Source: Blastocladiella emersonii ATCC 22665 | Lineage: Eukaryota; Fungi; Blastocladiomycota | Assembly: GCA_025594325.1 (NCBI GenBank) | Contig: JANHCV010000002.1 | Span: 2,294,001 to 2,358,000, forward strand | DNA length: 64,000 bases | Direction: 5' to 3' | Program-made: the position numbers and the translations under genes | Part shown: positions 23,523-34,875 of the stretch, one piece after another | Position numbering within the stretch: position 1 is the first letter of the stretch | Layout: each line of letters starts with the position of its first letter | Notes under the pieces: generated by a model | What the model was told of the DNA's origin: nothing | Seen by the model: only the letters and a program-made list of their open reading frames with translations | Database searches by the model: none

Positions 23523-23855
23523 CGAGCGAGGAATTGCCAAATCTTTGCAACTTGTTTGATAGAGCTCTGCCGCTGCAGCTCAAGTCTTGCCCGCTTCCGC
23601 ACGCTGCGCTGCACGGGCCGTACTCGCCCGGGCGCCGTGAAAAGAACGCGTCGCCCGCGCGATTGCGGCCTTCAGTACGATGCTCGTCGTCGCGGCGCAA
23701 TGCGGGATGGCTGTGGTGGGAGCGTGGGCGGAGGGTGGTGAGCTCACCGTGCTGTTGCTTTGATTCTTGATATAGAAAACAAGTTGCTCGAGACCTTGTA
23801 CTCGGTGAAGTTTGCGAGTGTCTACCGCTGCGAGCTGACGACGCGCCGCGCCACT
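23523..23855 (+). repeat. Copy 1 of a degenerate ~330-bp direct repeat (copy 2 at ~24669-24985)
   Basis: Collinear shared blocks: ctgcgYtgcaSgggccgYactcgc, gtgaaaag, cagtac, tcgtcgcggcg, gggatggYtgtggtggga, and identical gacgcgccgcgccact at 23840-23855 and 24970-24985. Confidence 0.7.
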
Positions 23856-24354
23856 CACGTTGCATAAACCAGCCTGTCGCCTGCAAAAGCGCCTCAACTC
23901 CTTGCCGACCACCGTAGTTCCGAGCTGCCCACGAACCTCGACGTGATCAACATCCGGTTCGTGATGCTGTAAGCGCGCCGCAGCATAGCGGCGCTAGTCA
24001 AGCGCAACCAGCTCGAGCGCCATGTCATGTCCAGCAGCGACATCCACGAGGAGGAAAACGACAAGCCGGTGCTCGGCGACGACCCCGCCCAGCGGCGTAC
24101 CTGCGCCATGGATATCATCAACCTCGGGTGGTCCAACCCTTCGCGCGGCGCTGGCAAGTCGACTTGGAACCTCCGCGGGTCAGCGCTAAATATCGCTGAG
24201 GACGTGCGCGTGTTGCTCGGGAGCAGGGTGAAGCTGAACGACTGAGATACGGCGCACACTCGAATTTGCGTCGTGTCGAGTCATCGGGGCGGACGCGCGG
24301 GCCACATCAGCGTGACGCGCACGACGCCGTGGACTCAACATGAGAACCCCAAGC

Positions 24355-24414
24355 TCAATCCGTTAACGCTGCTGCACGTGCTCCTCAATCCGTTGACGCT
24401 GCTGTACGTGCTCC
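24355..24414. repeat. Two-copy 30-bp tandem duplication
   Basis: ctcaatccgttaacgctgctgcacgtgctc followed by ctcaatccgttgacgctgctgtacgtgctc (2 mismatches). Confidence 0.85.
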
Positions 24415-24668
24415 ACCGCTTCGACTGTCCGAGGGACAGAAGACATCAATAACCCAAACGTTTGGCGGGTAGTGATCGATCGCAGGATGCGACGGGCAAC
24501 TAAAAAGTTCACGGGGTACTCGCGACCACGCCTGTCGCTCTCGATGATCTCCACCTGGTCTGTACGCCGCGTCTCTGCCGTAAGCGCGCTTCTATTTTAC
24601 AAGTGCACCTACGTTAACGTTTCCCGCCTCAAGCCCAACAATCTGCTGCACACACTTCCCCCTGCTTA

Positions 24669-24985
24669 TGAGCGACACAACCGCCAAACCCTTTCAACCC
24701 CGTGGACGGTCTCCGCTGCTGCTGTGCAGGCCTCGCCTTCCTTCCCGCCCTGCGTTGCAGGGGCCGCACTCGCTTGGGCGACGTGAAAAGTCCGCGTCGC
24801 ACGTGCGAGCGCGGCCCTCAGTACAACCCGTCGTCGCGGCGGAGGGCAGGGATGGTTGTGGTGGGAACTTGGGCTGCAGAGCGGCGGTTCCTTCGTGATA
24901 TTTAAGACAGCAAGCAATTTGCTTGAAGCTGTATCCAATGAGGTCCGACCATTCGCTGCTGCAGGCCAAGACGCGCCGCGCCACT
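24669..24985 (+). repeat. Copy 2 of the degenerate direct repeat
   Basis: Aligns by eye to 23523-23855 with an offset of about 1130-1146 bp. Confidence 0.7.
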
Positions 24986-25034
24986 ATCGTTTCGCGTTCT
25001 CGCACGCAGCGGTTAAAAGTCGCCACTAGAATAC

Positions 25035-25500
25035 ATTCAAAACTGATAAATCTCCTCCATGGCTCGCAGGAGCAGACCCTTTATCTTGACCGTCTCGCCC
25101 TCGGGCGTGCGCCGCTCGCTGAGGTGGACGCGCGCGAGCGACCCGCCACCCGCCACCCGCAAGTCGCAGCTGTTTGACGGCCACGCACTCTTCTCGGTTC
25201 GCAAGCTTCTGGATCTCGTTGTTTGGGCCACCCATGACGTTTTGGATTGCCACGCGTTCGTTGGCTTACAGGTGCCACAACGCCTCGTTGTACGTGGACG
25301 GGATTACGACGCAGAACGCGGACGCGGTGCCGCGGCCAACCAGCGACTTGATCGTGTCGATGATAGACCTACGCCACACGGTTCTCGTCAGCGTGGGGAG
25401 CGTCAGTTCCGCGTCGTGGTCGTCGTGGATCTGCCACGAGTCGCGCAGCAGCTCGGTGCTCCGAGCGAGGGCTGGACGAGCGCAGAAGGGAGGGCGAGCG
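25035..25500 (-). pseudogene. Degenerate coding-like fragment with a stop and a frameshift
   Basis: Minus strand reads STELLRDSWQIHDDHDAELTLPTLTRTVWRRSIIDTIKSLVGRG...NEALWHL*ANERVAIQNVMGGPNNEIQKLANREECVAVKQLRL, then shifts frame to RVHLSERRTPEGETVKIKGLLLRAMEEIYQF. Codon usage is gene-like; family not recognised. Confidence 0.4.
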
Positions 25501-26416
25501 GGTCAAGGGCAGCATGAGAAGGGCGGGTCGCGTGGTCGCGGGCGGGAGTCGATGGCAGCGACAGGAAGCGAGGCTGATAATGGCCGTGGACGCACTGTTC
25601 GCAGAACTGTAAAAGATGTGAGTCGTGGAGCAAGCCATTTGCGCCGATCAGCGTCTATGAAGCGAGATCGCCATCGACTCGTTGCCGTCCGCGAACAAGC
25701 CGAGTTGCGCGCAAGTTTCAACGCGCCAGGCGAGCCCAACGTCTTTAGTGACGAGGGAAGAAAAAATATGGGACTTGCCCCTGAACGAACGAACGCTGTC
25801 ATCCCGCAATACCCCAGGAATCGAACACCCGCCCGATGGAGGCTGTAGCGAGGGCTCTTGCCGGTCTGCTTACATCCCATATTTGTGTATTCGTCAACGT
25901 TGGATATGCACCCATGCAATTCCCTGCCCTTGTTTACTGCCCTTCGACGACGTGCGCGAGGGAGGAAGCGGCGCTGCTGACCACGCTGCCGACGCGTCGT
26001 TCAAATCCGCGTGAGTGGCGCAGGCCGGTGCGTGAGCTCGCCGTCCGCGGAGCAGCTGCTTCTGCACCTGAACGCACCCGGCTCACTCATGGAAAGCACG
26101 GATAACTCTATGCAATGCCGAGCCACGGTAGGTTCGCAACCGTTACGTGCGCTCGAGCCTGCTATTCGAGAATTCGGGTGAACAAGCGGTGCCCTAGTCA
26201 CTTTGTCCCGCTGTTCAGCGAGGCACTGCGGTAAGGTCCAGGTCTGGCTTCTAAGCAGCGTGAGACTCGAGAGCGGCCTCGGTGTACTCCGTCTTGCGCT
26301 TCGTCGCGACCCGAGCCGGCCGCATCCCCACCGCTGCTTGCGAGTGGACAGCAGGTGTAGCAGCGACCTTACAATCCGCGCATCGCAAAACACTTCAACT
26401 AATCAACCATCTCCAT

Positions 26417-27264
26417 TCACTCGACTCGATCCACGTACTCCTTGGCAAAGAACACCGCCTCGCCCCACTCCATCGGCGCAACGCCCGTCCTCGCGTACCC
26501 GCGCTTCGTCTCGTACATCTTGACGTTCCGCTCATTCGCGAGCTCCGTCGCCAGCGTGATCCGCTTCACCACATTCTCGCCCTTAGCCTCCCACCCCTCG
26601 CACCCCTTGAACCCGACGCGCCACGCCCACCCGCTCTCGGCGAAATCCAGCAACGCGCGTGCGTACCCGTTCCCCTCGAGCGGCGGGACGACCGCGAGCA
26701 TCGCTAGCGCGACGGTGCGCGTCGCGCGGCACGCGTACCGCGCCTGCATCGCGGCGACGTCGCCGCCAAAGTGCGCATCCGCGTCGTACTCGTGGTTCGC
26801 CCAGTCGATCGCGATCGTGCCCGCGGGCCGCCACGTTTCGGACCCAACCGCCAAAATGAAGGGCGCGAGCGCGGCGGGCAGGTCGTACTCGAGCCACGCC
26901 TCGTGCTCGATCGAGTACACGCGGCCGGCGCCGTGCTTCGCGGCGTACGCGGCGGTGCGCGCGGTCCAGTGTGCGGACGGGACCCACAGGGCGTACATGG
27001 TCTTGTCGCCGGCGGCCTGGTGCACGAACCATGAGGGAACGGCGTCGGGGCACCATAGCGGGACGCGGGTCGCGGCGAGGAAGGGAGCGAGGGCGGGGAT
27101 CAGCGGGGTCTACTCGATCGACGACGGGTGAGGCGCTGGTCGGCGTGGGGCCGGCGGCGGTTGGTCTCACGGCGTACGATCAGGACGCCGTCGGTCCACT
27201 GGACGGCGGGCAGCGCGGTGCCGCCCGGCGAAAGGGTGCCCGTGACGGTCGGTTTGTGTTGCAT
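26417..27264 (-). CDS. GNAT-family N-acetyltransferase
   Basis: Exon 27264-27178, phase-0 intron 27110-27177, exon 27109-26417. Acetyl-CoA motif A (LAMLAVVPPLEGNGYARALL) and motif B (NERNVKMYETKRGY). Confidence 0.8.
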
Positions 27265-27457
27265 CTAGTCTAGTTTTCTAAAGCTTCATGGGTAGTCGAG
27301 CAAGGGGGAGAGTTGGGTCGGCGGTGACCAGGTCGGCGACTGAGCCACCCGGCACCCAACCCGGCGCATCGAACCGAGAGCGAGACAAAGGGCGGAGGGG
27401 TAGCAAGCGTCCATTATAGAAAACACAAGAGATACACGCGCCGCGACATCGCATCCG

Positions 27458-29212
27458 CTAGAAGAAGGGGTTGTTCTGCTGCTGAGGCTGCTGCTGCTGC
27501 TGCGGGGGCTGTCCAAACGGCGACGCGCGGCCGGCCGCGGGTCCGCCGAACGGATTCATGGCGGCTGGCCCGGTCGCCATGGGCATCATCATCCCCATGC
27601 CGGCGCCCGTCGGGTTCATCCCCATGGGCTGCTGCTGCGGCGCGCCGAACCCGGCGGGCCCCGTCTGCGCCATGCCCATGGGCATCATCCCCATCCCCTG
27701 CTGCTGGCGCTGCATGGCGAGCTCGGCGAGCGACAGCTTGGGCTGCTCGGGCTGGCCGGACCAGTTGAACGGGCCGGCACCGTTGCCGGTGGCCGAGGTC
27801 GAAACGGACGACGTCATGGCGAAGGGGTTGCGGTTGGGCGGGCCGAGATTGTCGAGGTCGACGGACGGGCCCTTTGGCATGGCGGATGGTGGCGTGGACG
27901 CGGGCCGTGCGGGGCCGCCGGCGTTGGCGGCGGCAAAGGGGTTGAAGGCGGCAGCGGACGCAGCGCCCGTCGGCATCATGGGCATCATGCCGCTGCCCGT
28001 GGCCGAGGCGCCGAGCGGCATGCTGAACGTGGACCCGGTCTGGTGCGTGGCGGCGAACGGGTTGCCCGTGGGCATGGCGGGCATGGGCGCGGCCGCGGCC
28101 GGGTTGCCGAACGGGTCCATGGCGGAACCGGCGCCGCCGAACCCGGTCATCTGCGACGGGACCTGCGAGTAGCCCGTGGCGTTGACGGGGATCATGTTGA
28201 AGGGGTTCTGCGCGGGCATGCCGAACGGGTCCGAGACGCCCGTCGGCTGCAACTGCAGCGGGTACCCCGTGGACTGCGGCTGCTGCATGGCGGGCGCGAT
28301 GGGCATCTCCTCGCCGCCGAGCAGGTCAATGAGCTCGTTTTTGGGTTTTTGGGTCGGCGCGGGGGACGAGGTGGAGAAGCCCGAGTTGCCGTACGACAGC
28401 GAAGCCGAAGCGGCGCCGTACCCGCCGCGGCCGCGGCGCTGGCGCTCCTCCTCCTCGCGCTTGGACAGCTCGATGGCGCGCTGCAGCTGCTCCTCTTCGG
28501 AGAGGCCGCCGGTCACGTCGGTGCGGGCGGCGGGGGCGGGGGCCGAGGTGGACGAGGGGAGGTTGCGCGGGACCGAGTGCGAGCGGTGGGCGGACCCGTA
28601 GGCGGACGCGGACCCGCCGCCCGAGCGGTACTGCTCCTGCTCGGCAGTGCGCAGCGACTCCTGGATGGCGCGGCGCACCTGCTCCTCCTCCTCGCGGGCG
28701 GCGGCGGCGGCGGGGTCCGAGTAGGGCGAGGAGGCGCGGCCCGAGACGCGGTCGCCGGCGTGGGCCTGGGCGGCCTTTTCGCGCTGCAGGGCCTCGTCCG
28801 ACGACAGCAGCGTGGTGATCTTGGTGGCCTTCTGGCGGACCGACTGGCCGTGGTCGATGCCGGCCTCGTCGCGGTACTGGAACTCGCGCAGGGTCTTGAC
28901 GACAAAGAGGTTGTCGCGGGCGTACTGCAGGATGCGGTCGGACCCGTGCAGGACCATGAACTCGAGCAGGGCCAGGGCCTTGTAGACGTGGCGCCAGTTG
29001 CGGCCGTCATCGTTGAGGCGCTTCTCCATGATGATCATGATCTCGACAAACTGCTGGTCGTAGTGCGAGGCGGCGGCGATCTCGCGCATCAGCGCCACGT
29101 TGGCGGGGCCCGGGTCGTTGCTGGTGGCCTCGCGCACCTTGGCCTGGATCTCCGTGTAGCCCTTGGCCACGTTCTTGACCTGGCGCAGGGCGCCGCGCGC
29201 GGCAAAGGACAT
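27458..29212 (-). CDS. ENT2: Epsin (ENTH domain, two UIMs, multiple NPF motifs)
   Basis: KGYTEIQAKVREATSNDP, RNWRHVYKALALLEFMVLHG, FQYRDEAGIDHG. UIMs EEEQVRRAIQESL and EEEQLQRAIELSK. Several NPF motifs and terminal NNPFF. Intronless. The ENT1/ENT2 paralogue name is not resolvable. Confidence 0.9.
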   Translation of the reverse strand: MSFAARGALRQVKNVAKGYTEIQAKVREATSNDPGPANVALMREIAAASHYDQQFVEIMIIMEKRLNDDGRNWRHVYKALALLEFMVLHGSDRILQYARDNLFVVKTLREFQYRDEAGIDHGQSVRQKATKITTLLSSDEALQREKAAQAHAGDRVSGRASSPYSDPAAAAAREEEEQVRRAIQESLRTAEQEQYRSGGGSASAYGSAHRSHSVPRNLPSSTSAPAPAARTDVTGGLSEEEQLQRAIELSKREEEERQRRGRGGYGAASASLSYGNSGFSTSSPAPTQKPKNELIDLLGGEEMPIAPAMQQPQSTGYPLQLQPTGVSDPFGMPAQNPFNMIPVNATGYSQVPSQMTGFGGAGSAMDPFGNPAAAAPMPAMPTGNPFAATHQTGSTFSMPLGASATGSGMMPMMPTGAASAAAFNPFAAANAGGPARPASTPPSAMPKGPSVDLDNLGPPNRNPFAMTSSVSTSATGNGAGPFNWSGQPEQPKLSLAELAMQRQQQGMGMMPMGMAQTGPAGFGAPQQQPMGMNPTGAGMGMMMPMATGPAAMNPFGGPAAGRASPFGQPPQQQQQPQQQNNPFF

Positions 29213-29821
29213 GGTGGGTCGGTGGGTAGTCGCGCGGCGATGGGGGTATGAGAGTGTAGCAGCTGCGCCGCCGAGTGTGCTCCGTGAATGTGCGCCGCGA
29301 TCGCGGGCTGGCTCCGTTGCAGGGTGTGTAGGGTGCGTCGCGATGCGTAGCAAGCTGCGTCGGTGGCGCTCAAAGGAGAGGAGGAAGCGAGAGGTGCGTG
29401 GGCCAAGAGCGACGCGCCTTCGAGAATCGGAAACCTGGCCGCCTGCACGTGCCGCGCCACGCCGCAAAACCAGGCCGAAACTCGGCGTATCACGGCACGT
29501 GGAATCGTAAATCTGTGGCGCAGTGCGTCACGATGACTCAAGACGCGGCGCGAACGCGTCAAGGCGCGTCGCGAACGCGTTGGCCGCGCATGCAGTGCGG
29601 CAGCGCGCATCGGATCCGTCGGCAGTCCGACCCGCGTCTCCCGCTTGCTCGAAGCCTGTCTGTTCATGCCGCCGGCTTCGCCGCTGGATTGCGCTCGGCC
29701 GCCGTCCGCGACCTTGCAGGGTATAAGAAGCGGCCGCCCCTCCCTCCCTCGAGGGGTTGAGATCCATCTACTCCGCTACGGATCAGACTTTCTACGAATC
29801 AACCCCCTCATCACCAAGACA

Positions 29822-30550
29822 ATGGCGTCGCACTCGTCCCTCACCGATCGGCCAACGTCGCCCTCCTCGTCGCACGAGTCCGTGCGGCCCGGCAAGCGCG
29901 TGGTGGTGGCGCTCGACGACAGCCCGCACAGCTGGCACGCGCTCGAGTACTGCCTGCGCGAGCTGGTGCAGCCGCCGCACGACACGCTGGTGCTGTGCAC
30001 GGTCTCGGTGCAGTCCGAGTCGTGGCTCGAGTCGCTCGCCACGACCATGGGCGGCGTCGGCGACTCGATGGCGCTGCCCTACGTGCCCATCTCGACGTCG
30101 CCCGGCCACGGCGCACGCGACGACGACCGCCTGCGCGAGCGGTCCGAGTTCCTCGTCCAGCGCGCCCGCGAGCAGGGCGAGTACCTCCTCGGTCGCGCCC
30201 GGTCCGCGGTCCACGCCAACCCGGCGACGCGCAACCTCAAGCTCGAGCAGACGGTGCTCGTCAACGCCGATGCACGCGACGCACTCGTCGATTTCGTCGG
30301 CGCCAAGCCCAAGACGGACCTGCTCGTCGTCGGGTCGCGCGGGCTCGGGTCCTTCAAGCGCGCCTTCCTCGGCAGCGTCAGCGACTACGTCCTGCACCAC
30401 GCCGCGTGCCCGACCCTCGTCATCAAGACGGACCCCGAGACCGAGGCCAAGTGGGCCAAGCACGGCCACCCGGCCGCCGTGCCCGCAATCTCGACGGCTG
30501 CGACGTCGAACCCCATCGCGATCCCGACCAAGGGCGCCGCTGGCGTCTAG
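29822..30550 (+). CDS. Universal stress protein (USP) family protein
   Basis: RVVVALDDSPHSWHALEY; ADARDALVDF...DLLVVGSRGLGSFKRAFLGSVSDYVLHHAACPTLVIK. Confidence 0.92.
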   Translation: MASHSSLTDRPTSPSSSHESVRPGKRVVVALDDSPHSWHALEYCLRELVQPPHDTLVLCTVSVQSESWLESLATTMGGVGDSMALPYVPISTSPGHGARDDDRLRERSEFLVQRAREQGEYLLGRARSAVHANPATRNLKLEQTVLVNADARDALVDFVGAKPKTDLLVVGSRGLGSFKRAFLGSVSDYVLHHAACPTLVIKTDPETEAKWAKHGHPAAVPAISTAATSNPIAIPTKGAAGV

Positions 30551-30663
30551 TTGTGCTGTCGTGTCGTTGTGTGTGTGATTTCCCTATAAACTCGTACTCT
30601 CCACATGTCCATCGCGAACCTCGCGAGTCTCGCAGGCAGGTTCAGGCTGAAATGACTCGACTC

Positions 30664-30694
30664 GCGCGAAAATCGAAAAATCGAATTTTCGCGC
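30664..30694. promoter_or_regulatory. Inverted pair of E2F/SCB-like elements upstream of the 31108 gene
   Basis: GCGCGAAAAT (30664-30673) and its perfect reverse complement ATTTTCGCGC (30685-30694). Each contains CGCGAAA. Confidence 0.4.
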
Positions 30695-31107
30695 TCGTCC
30701 CGTGCGCGGGTGCACCGCCACCTCGCGCCCGCCGCCCGCCGCCCGCTCGCTCGCTCTCCTCTCCACCCGTCCCGCCGTCGACGCTGCCGCCCCACACCAA
30801 CCCGTTCGACCGGTCGCACTCGGTGCACTCGCCTCGCGCGTCCCACCGCTCCCGATTCCGCCCCTCCACCCTCCGACGTCCACGGTCCGCCGTGTCGAGT
30901 CATCGTCCCTCCCTCTTCTCCCCGCTGGGTCTCGGCCCTCTGCTAGTTTCGCTGCTCCGGCCGCTCCAACATTGCCCCACCTTCACCGCCCTCGCCACTT
31001 GCCGCTGGATGCCCCCGGCGTGGCTGCGATTGCCCTAGTCTCCGCCGCCAAGCACTCGCTGCTGCACCCGCTCCACCCGCCTCCCTGAAGCGCCTGTCGC
31101 CGCAACC

Positions 31108-34100
31108 ATGGCGGCCCCGCCCTCGCCAGTAGGCTCGCCCGTCTGGCACGCCGCCGCCCACTTCAATCAACACCATCCCACCCACCTCGACATGCCTGAG
31201 CTCGATCTCGGCGTCGATTTCAGCCTGTTCGACGCGTGGTCCGCAGATGCCGGCGCTGGCGCCGCGGACGACCTGCCGCCGCTCGAGATGCCGCCGCCGC
31301 CGTCGCCGCTCGGCACCCCGCCGCTCGGCGCTGCCACGGACGCCGCGCAGGGCATGCCCGACCTGTCGCTGCACGACCTCGACATGGCCGCCGACCGCGG
31401 GTTCGGCTTCGCCGCCTTCTCGGGCTTCGACTTCGACTTCGACTTCCCGCTGCCCGGAAGCGCCTCGATCATCGCCGCCGCGGCTGCTCTCGCCCCGGCG
31501 TCGTTCCTCGGCGCGCCGCCACAACACCACCACGCGCAGGAGCTCCTCGACCTGCACGCGGCCGCCGCCGGCGCCGTCAACCCGCTGCGCCGCGCCCGCG
31601 ACCTGTTCGAGGACGACGCTGAACGCGCCGAGTCGATCGAGGCCGCCGCTGAGCGCGCCATGAAGCGTGCGCGTCGTGCGCACCAGGAGTACGTGACAGT
31701 TTTACTGGCCGTTGGTTTCTCGCCACACACGCTAACCGACCTTGTACCTTTCAGGCGCGCATCGTCTTCGGCCTACGACTGGCCCGCGGCGATCCCGACG
31801 CCCCCGTCGCCGTCGCCTTCGGCCACCTCGGCCTCGGCGACGCCTTCATCGGCCAGCTCCTCCCCGCTCCTCTCCGCCAGTGACCTTGGCCTCGGCCTCG
31901 GCATGGACGAGGACGAGCAGGATGAGGACGAGGCCATGGAGGCCATGGACCTCGACGCTGTCGCTGCCGTTCCCCACGGCGAGCTGCCCGACCTCGAGTT
32001 CCCCGCCGCCTTCGACCAGCACCACGTCGGCGCCCAGCCGGCCATGGCCTTCTCGGCGCCCGCGACCGACCCCGGCGACTCCGTCACGGTCGCTGTCGCG
32101 GCGCCGTCCGCCGCTTTGGCCGGGACTTTGGGCGGTCTCGCTAGTCCGCCACTGTCCCCGACCGTCGCGCTCTACGCGCCTGCGCCGCTCTCGCTGTACG
32201 TATTCGCGCACTTTTGAGGGAAAACTGGACGGATCCTGACGCGCACGCGCCGTTTGAATAGCCCGTTGTCGCACCACGCAACAGCGGATGGCGAGCACCA
32301 GCAGCCTGCCCCCGTCGCCGCTGTCGCCGTCGCCGTTGACCAGAACGCGCCGGCTGCGGTCGACCACCAGCAGCAGCACCAGCAGCACGCCCTCGTGCCG
32401 GGCATGGACCTCGCCCAACCTGCGGTCCTCGCCCAGCAGCACGCGGTCCTTGCGCCTGCGCCTGCTCAACACGTGCTGCACCAACACGTTCAGCAACAGC
32501 AGCAGCAGTTCCTCGTGCCGGTTGCAGCTCACGTCCAACCCGCCGTCGCGGCGCATGCACCCGCTCAACAGCAGCAGCAGCACGCGCCCGACGACGACGA
32601 CCAGGACCACAACCTATACGTCCAGCAGGCCGTGCTCGCCGTTCTCGGCCCGCACCCGCCGCTCGGCTTACCCTTCGACCCGAGCGGCGCGGCCAACGCC
32701 GCCGCCGTGCACGCGCCACATGCACCGCAGCAGCAGGACGCGCTCGCTGTCAACGGCGACCCGCGACCTCAGCAGCAGCAGGAGCCCGGCCAGGTGCTCG
32801 CGGCGAATGCTGCTGTCGACCAGGCGATGGCTGCACCGGCCAACGGCGCCGTTCCGGCGCTCGTCCAGCAGTTCCAGGCTGCGGCGCCCAATTGGCTCGC
32901 GGCCGGCGAACCGCCTGGCGTGCCAGCGCTCCATGTCCAGCAGCACGTCGGTCTCGTGGTCCACGACCTACAGCAGCACGTGCATGCCGACGTTGGTGCC
33001 GACGGTGTCGCGCACGATCTCGGCCAGCAACACGCGCCCGTCCGCATCGACGGCGACGGTGACGGCCGAGGTCCGCAGCCGCAGCAGGAACCGCACCGCG
33101 ACCATCATCACCGCGACCCGCACCATCAGCAGCAGCAACAAGAAGTTCTGCCGCAGCAGCAGCGGGTCGCAGTCCGGGTCGCCGTTGCGCCCGCCGCCGC
33201 GCTCGTCGTGCACGCAACAGTGCAGCAACACGCGTCGCTGCACGAGGCGCCCGTCCAAGCCCAGGCCGGCTCGCCCACGACCGCACCGCGGGCAGCGGCG
33301 AGCACCCACCCGCTCGCCCTGCCCGACTCGCTCACGTCCTCGGCCCACCACGCCGAGCACGTCGAGCGCCCCGCGGTGGCCGTCGCCGCCGGCTCGATCG
33401 CCGCCAGTACGAGTACAAGAACAAGTACGAGTACTAGATCGGCTGCCCACGCCCACGCCGCCACCCCCACCCGTGCAGACGCTGGCGCCACCACCTTCGC
33501 CGTTCCTGCACCCGCCGATGCCGCTCCGCATCGCGCCGACCCGGCCGCGCACTTGCGCATACCGGACGGTCGTCACATTGCGGCCGCTGCGGCAGTGTCA
33601 CGCTCCCCGTCGACCGCGTCCTCGCGCACATCAAGCTCCTCGCGCGTGGACGTTGGCGCGGACGGCGTGATTCTCGCCGTTGCCGACGCCCGCCAGCTCG
33701 CGGCACCTGCCCATACCGCCGCCGAAGCGCGCGCCATTCCGATTGCGCCCGCCGCGCTCCAGCCGGCCACCCAGCTCGCGGCACCTGCTCATGCCGCCAT
33801 CGATGCGCGCGCCATTCCGATTGGCGTCGCGGCACCTGCCCACGCCGCCGCCGAAGCGCGCGCCATTCCGATCGCGCTCGCGGCGCTCCAGCCGGCCGCC
33901 CTCGATACGACCGAATCGCCGGTTACCTCAGTCGCCGCGGTGGCGACCGGGGTGGCCACGGCTACCGTCGACGTCGAGGTGCGCCAGCAGCAGCAGCAGC
34001 AGCAGGTCTTCGAGCGCATCGAACCGCAGCACTCGCCGACCGACGCCGTCTCGCGAATTACGGACTCGACCGATGCCGCCGTCCCTCGAACTCGGGCCTC

Positions 34101-34875
34101 GCGTCAGTCGATCACCACCACCACCACGCAGCAGCAGCAGCACATACATCCGCAGCAGCAGCAGCGTGCCGCGACGGTTCACGCTCATGTCGATCGCGAC
34201 GAGGCCGCGGTCGGCGCAGCGACCACTACTTCCCGCGTCAGTATGGACTCGGTCACGGTCGCCGCGCTCGGCTCCGCCAGCGTCCAGCAGCAGCAGACTC
34301 ACGCGTCCAGCACCGACACCCGAAAGCCGGTCGCGGCGCTGTCCGCGCCCTCGGCCGCGGCTGCGTCGCTCGTCGTCGTCGCCGTGTTCCTCCGCCAGCT
34401 CCTCGCCGCGGCCATGGCCCAGCTCGTCGCCCAGTTCGCCGTCCTGTCGCTCGCCACCGCCGTCGTTCACGGCACGTTCGCGCTCGCGACGGGCCAGTCC
34501 CGCGAGCAAGGCGACGTCGCGCAAGATCACCAACGCTCCGCCGCCGCCGCTGCCGCCGCCTCGCCTGGCGTGCCGCAGCAGCAACAGCAGCAACGGACGC
34601 GCGACGCGCCGACGACGACGCCGCCCGCCGTCACCCAAGCCCGTGCACCGTCCGTGTGCGGTACTTCAGCGGCGGCATCGGCCGCGTCCACGCAGACCAC
34701 GGCGTCGAAACCGCGGCTCGCTCGCGTGCCGAAACAGACCCTCGGCAAACGCGACCTCGCTGCGCTGCGCGACGCGGTCCGGCAAGCGCTCGTCGCGGAG
34801 CGGCCGTGTGGCTACTCTGCTGCGCTCGCAACGCGTGACGCCGCCCGTGGCCCCGCCGCTGCCATGGCGGCGTAG
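31108..34875 (+). CDS. Large low-complexity (A/Q/H/P-rich) protein of unknown function
   Basis: Introns 31689-31754 and 32196-32261 (both phase 2) join the 31108 and 32254 ORFs in frame. Acidic/aromatic N-terminus, poly-Q/H middle, internal AAPAHxAAEARAIPI repeats, one hydrophobic segment near the C-terminus. Confidence 0.65.
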
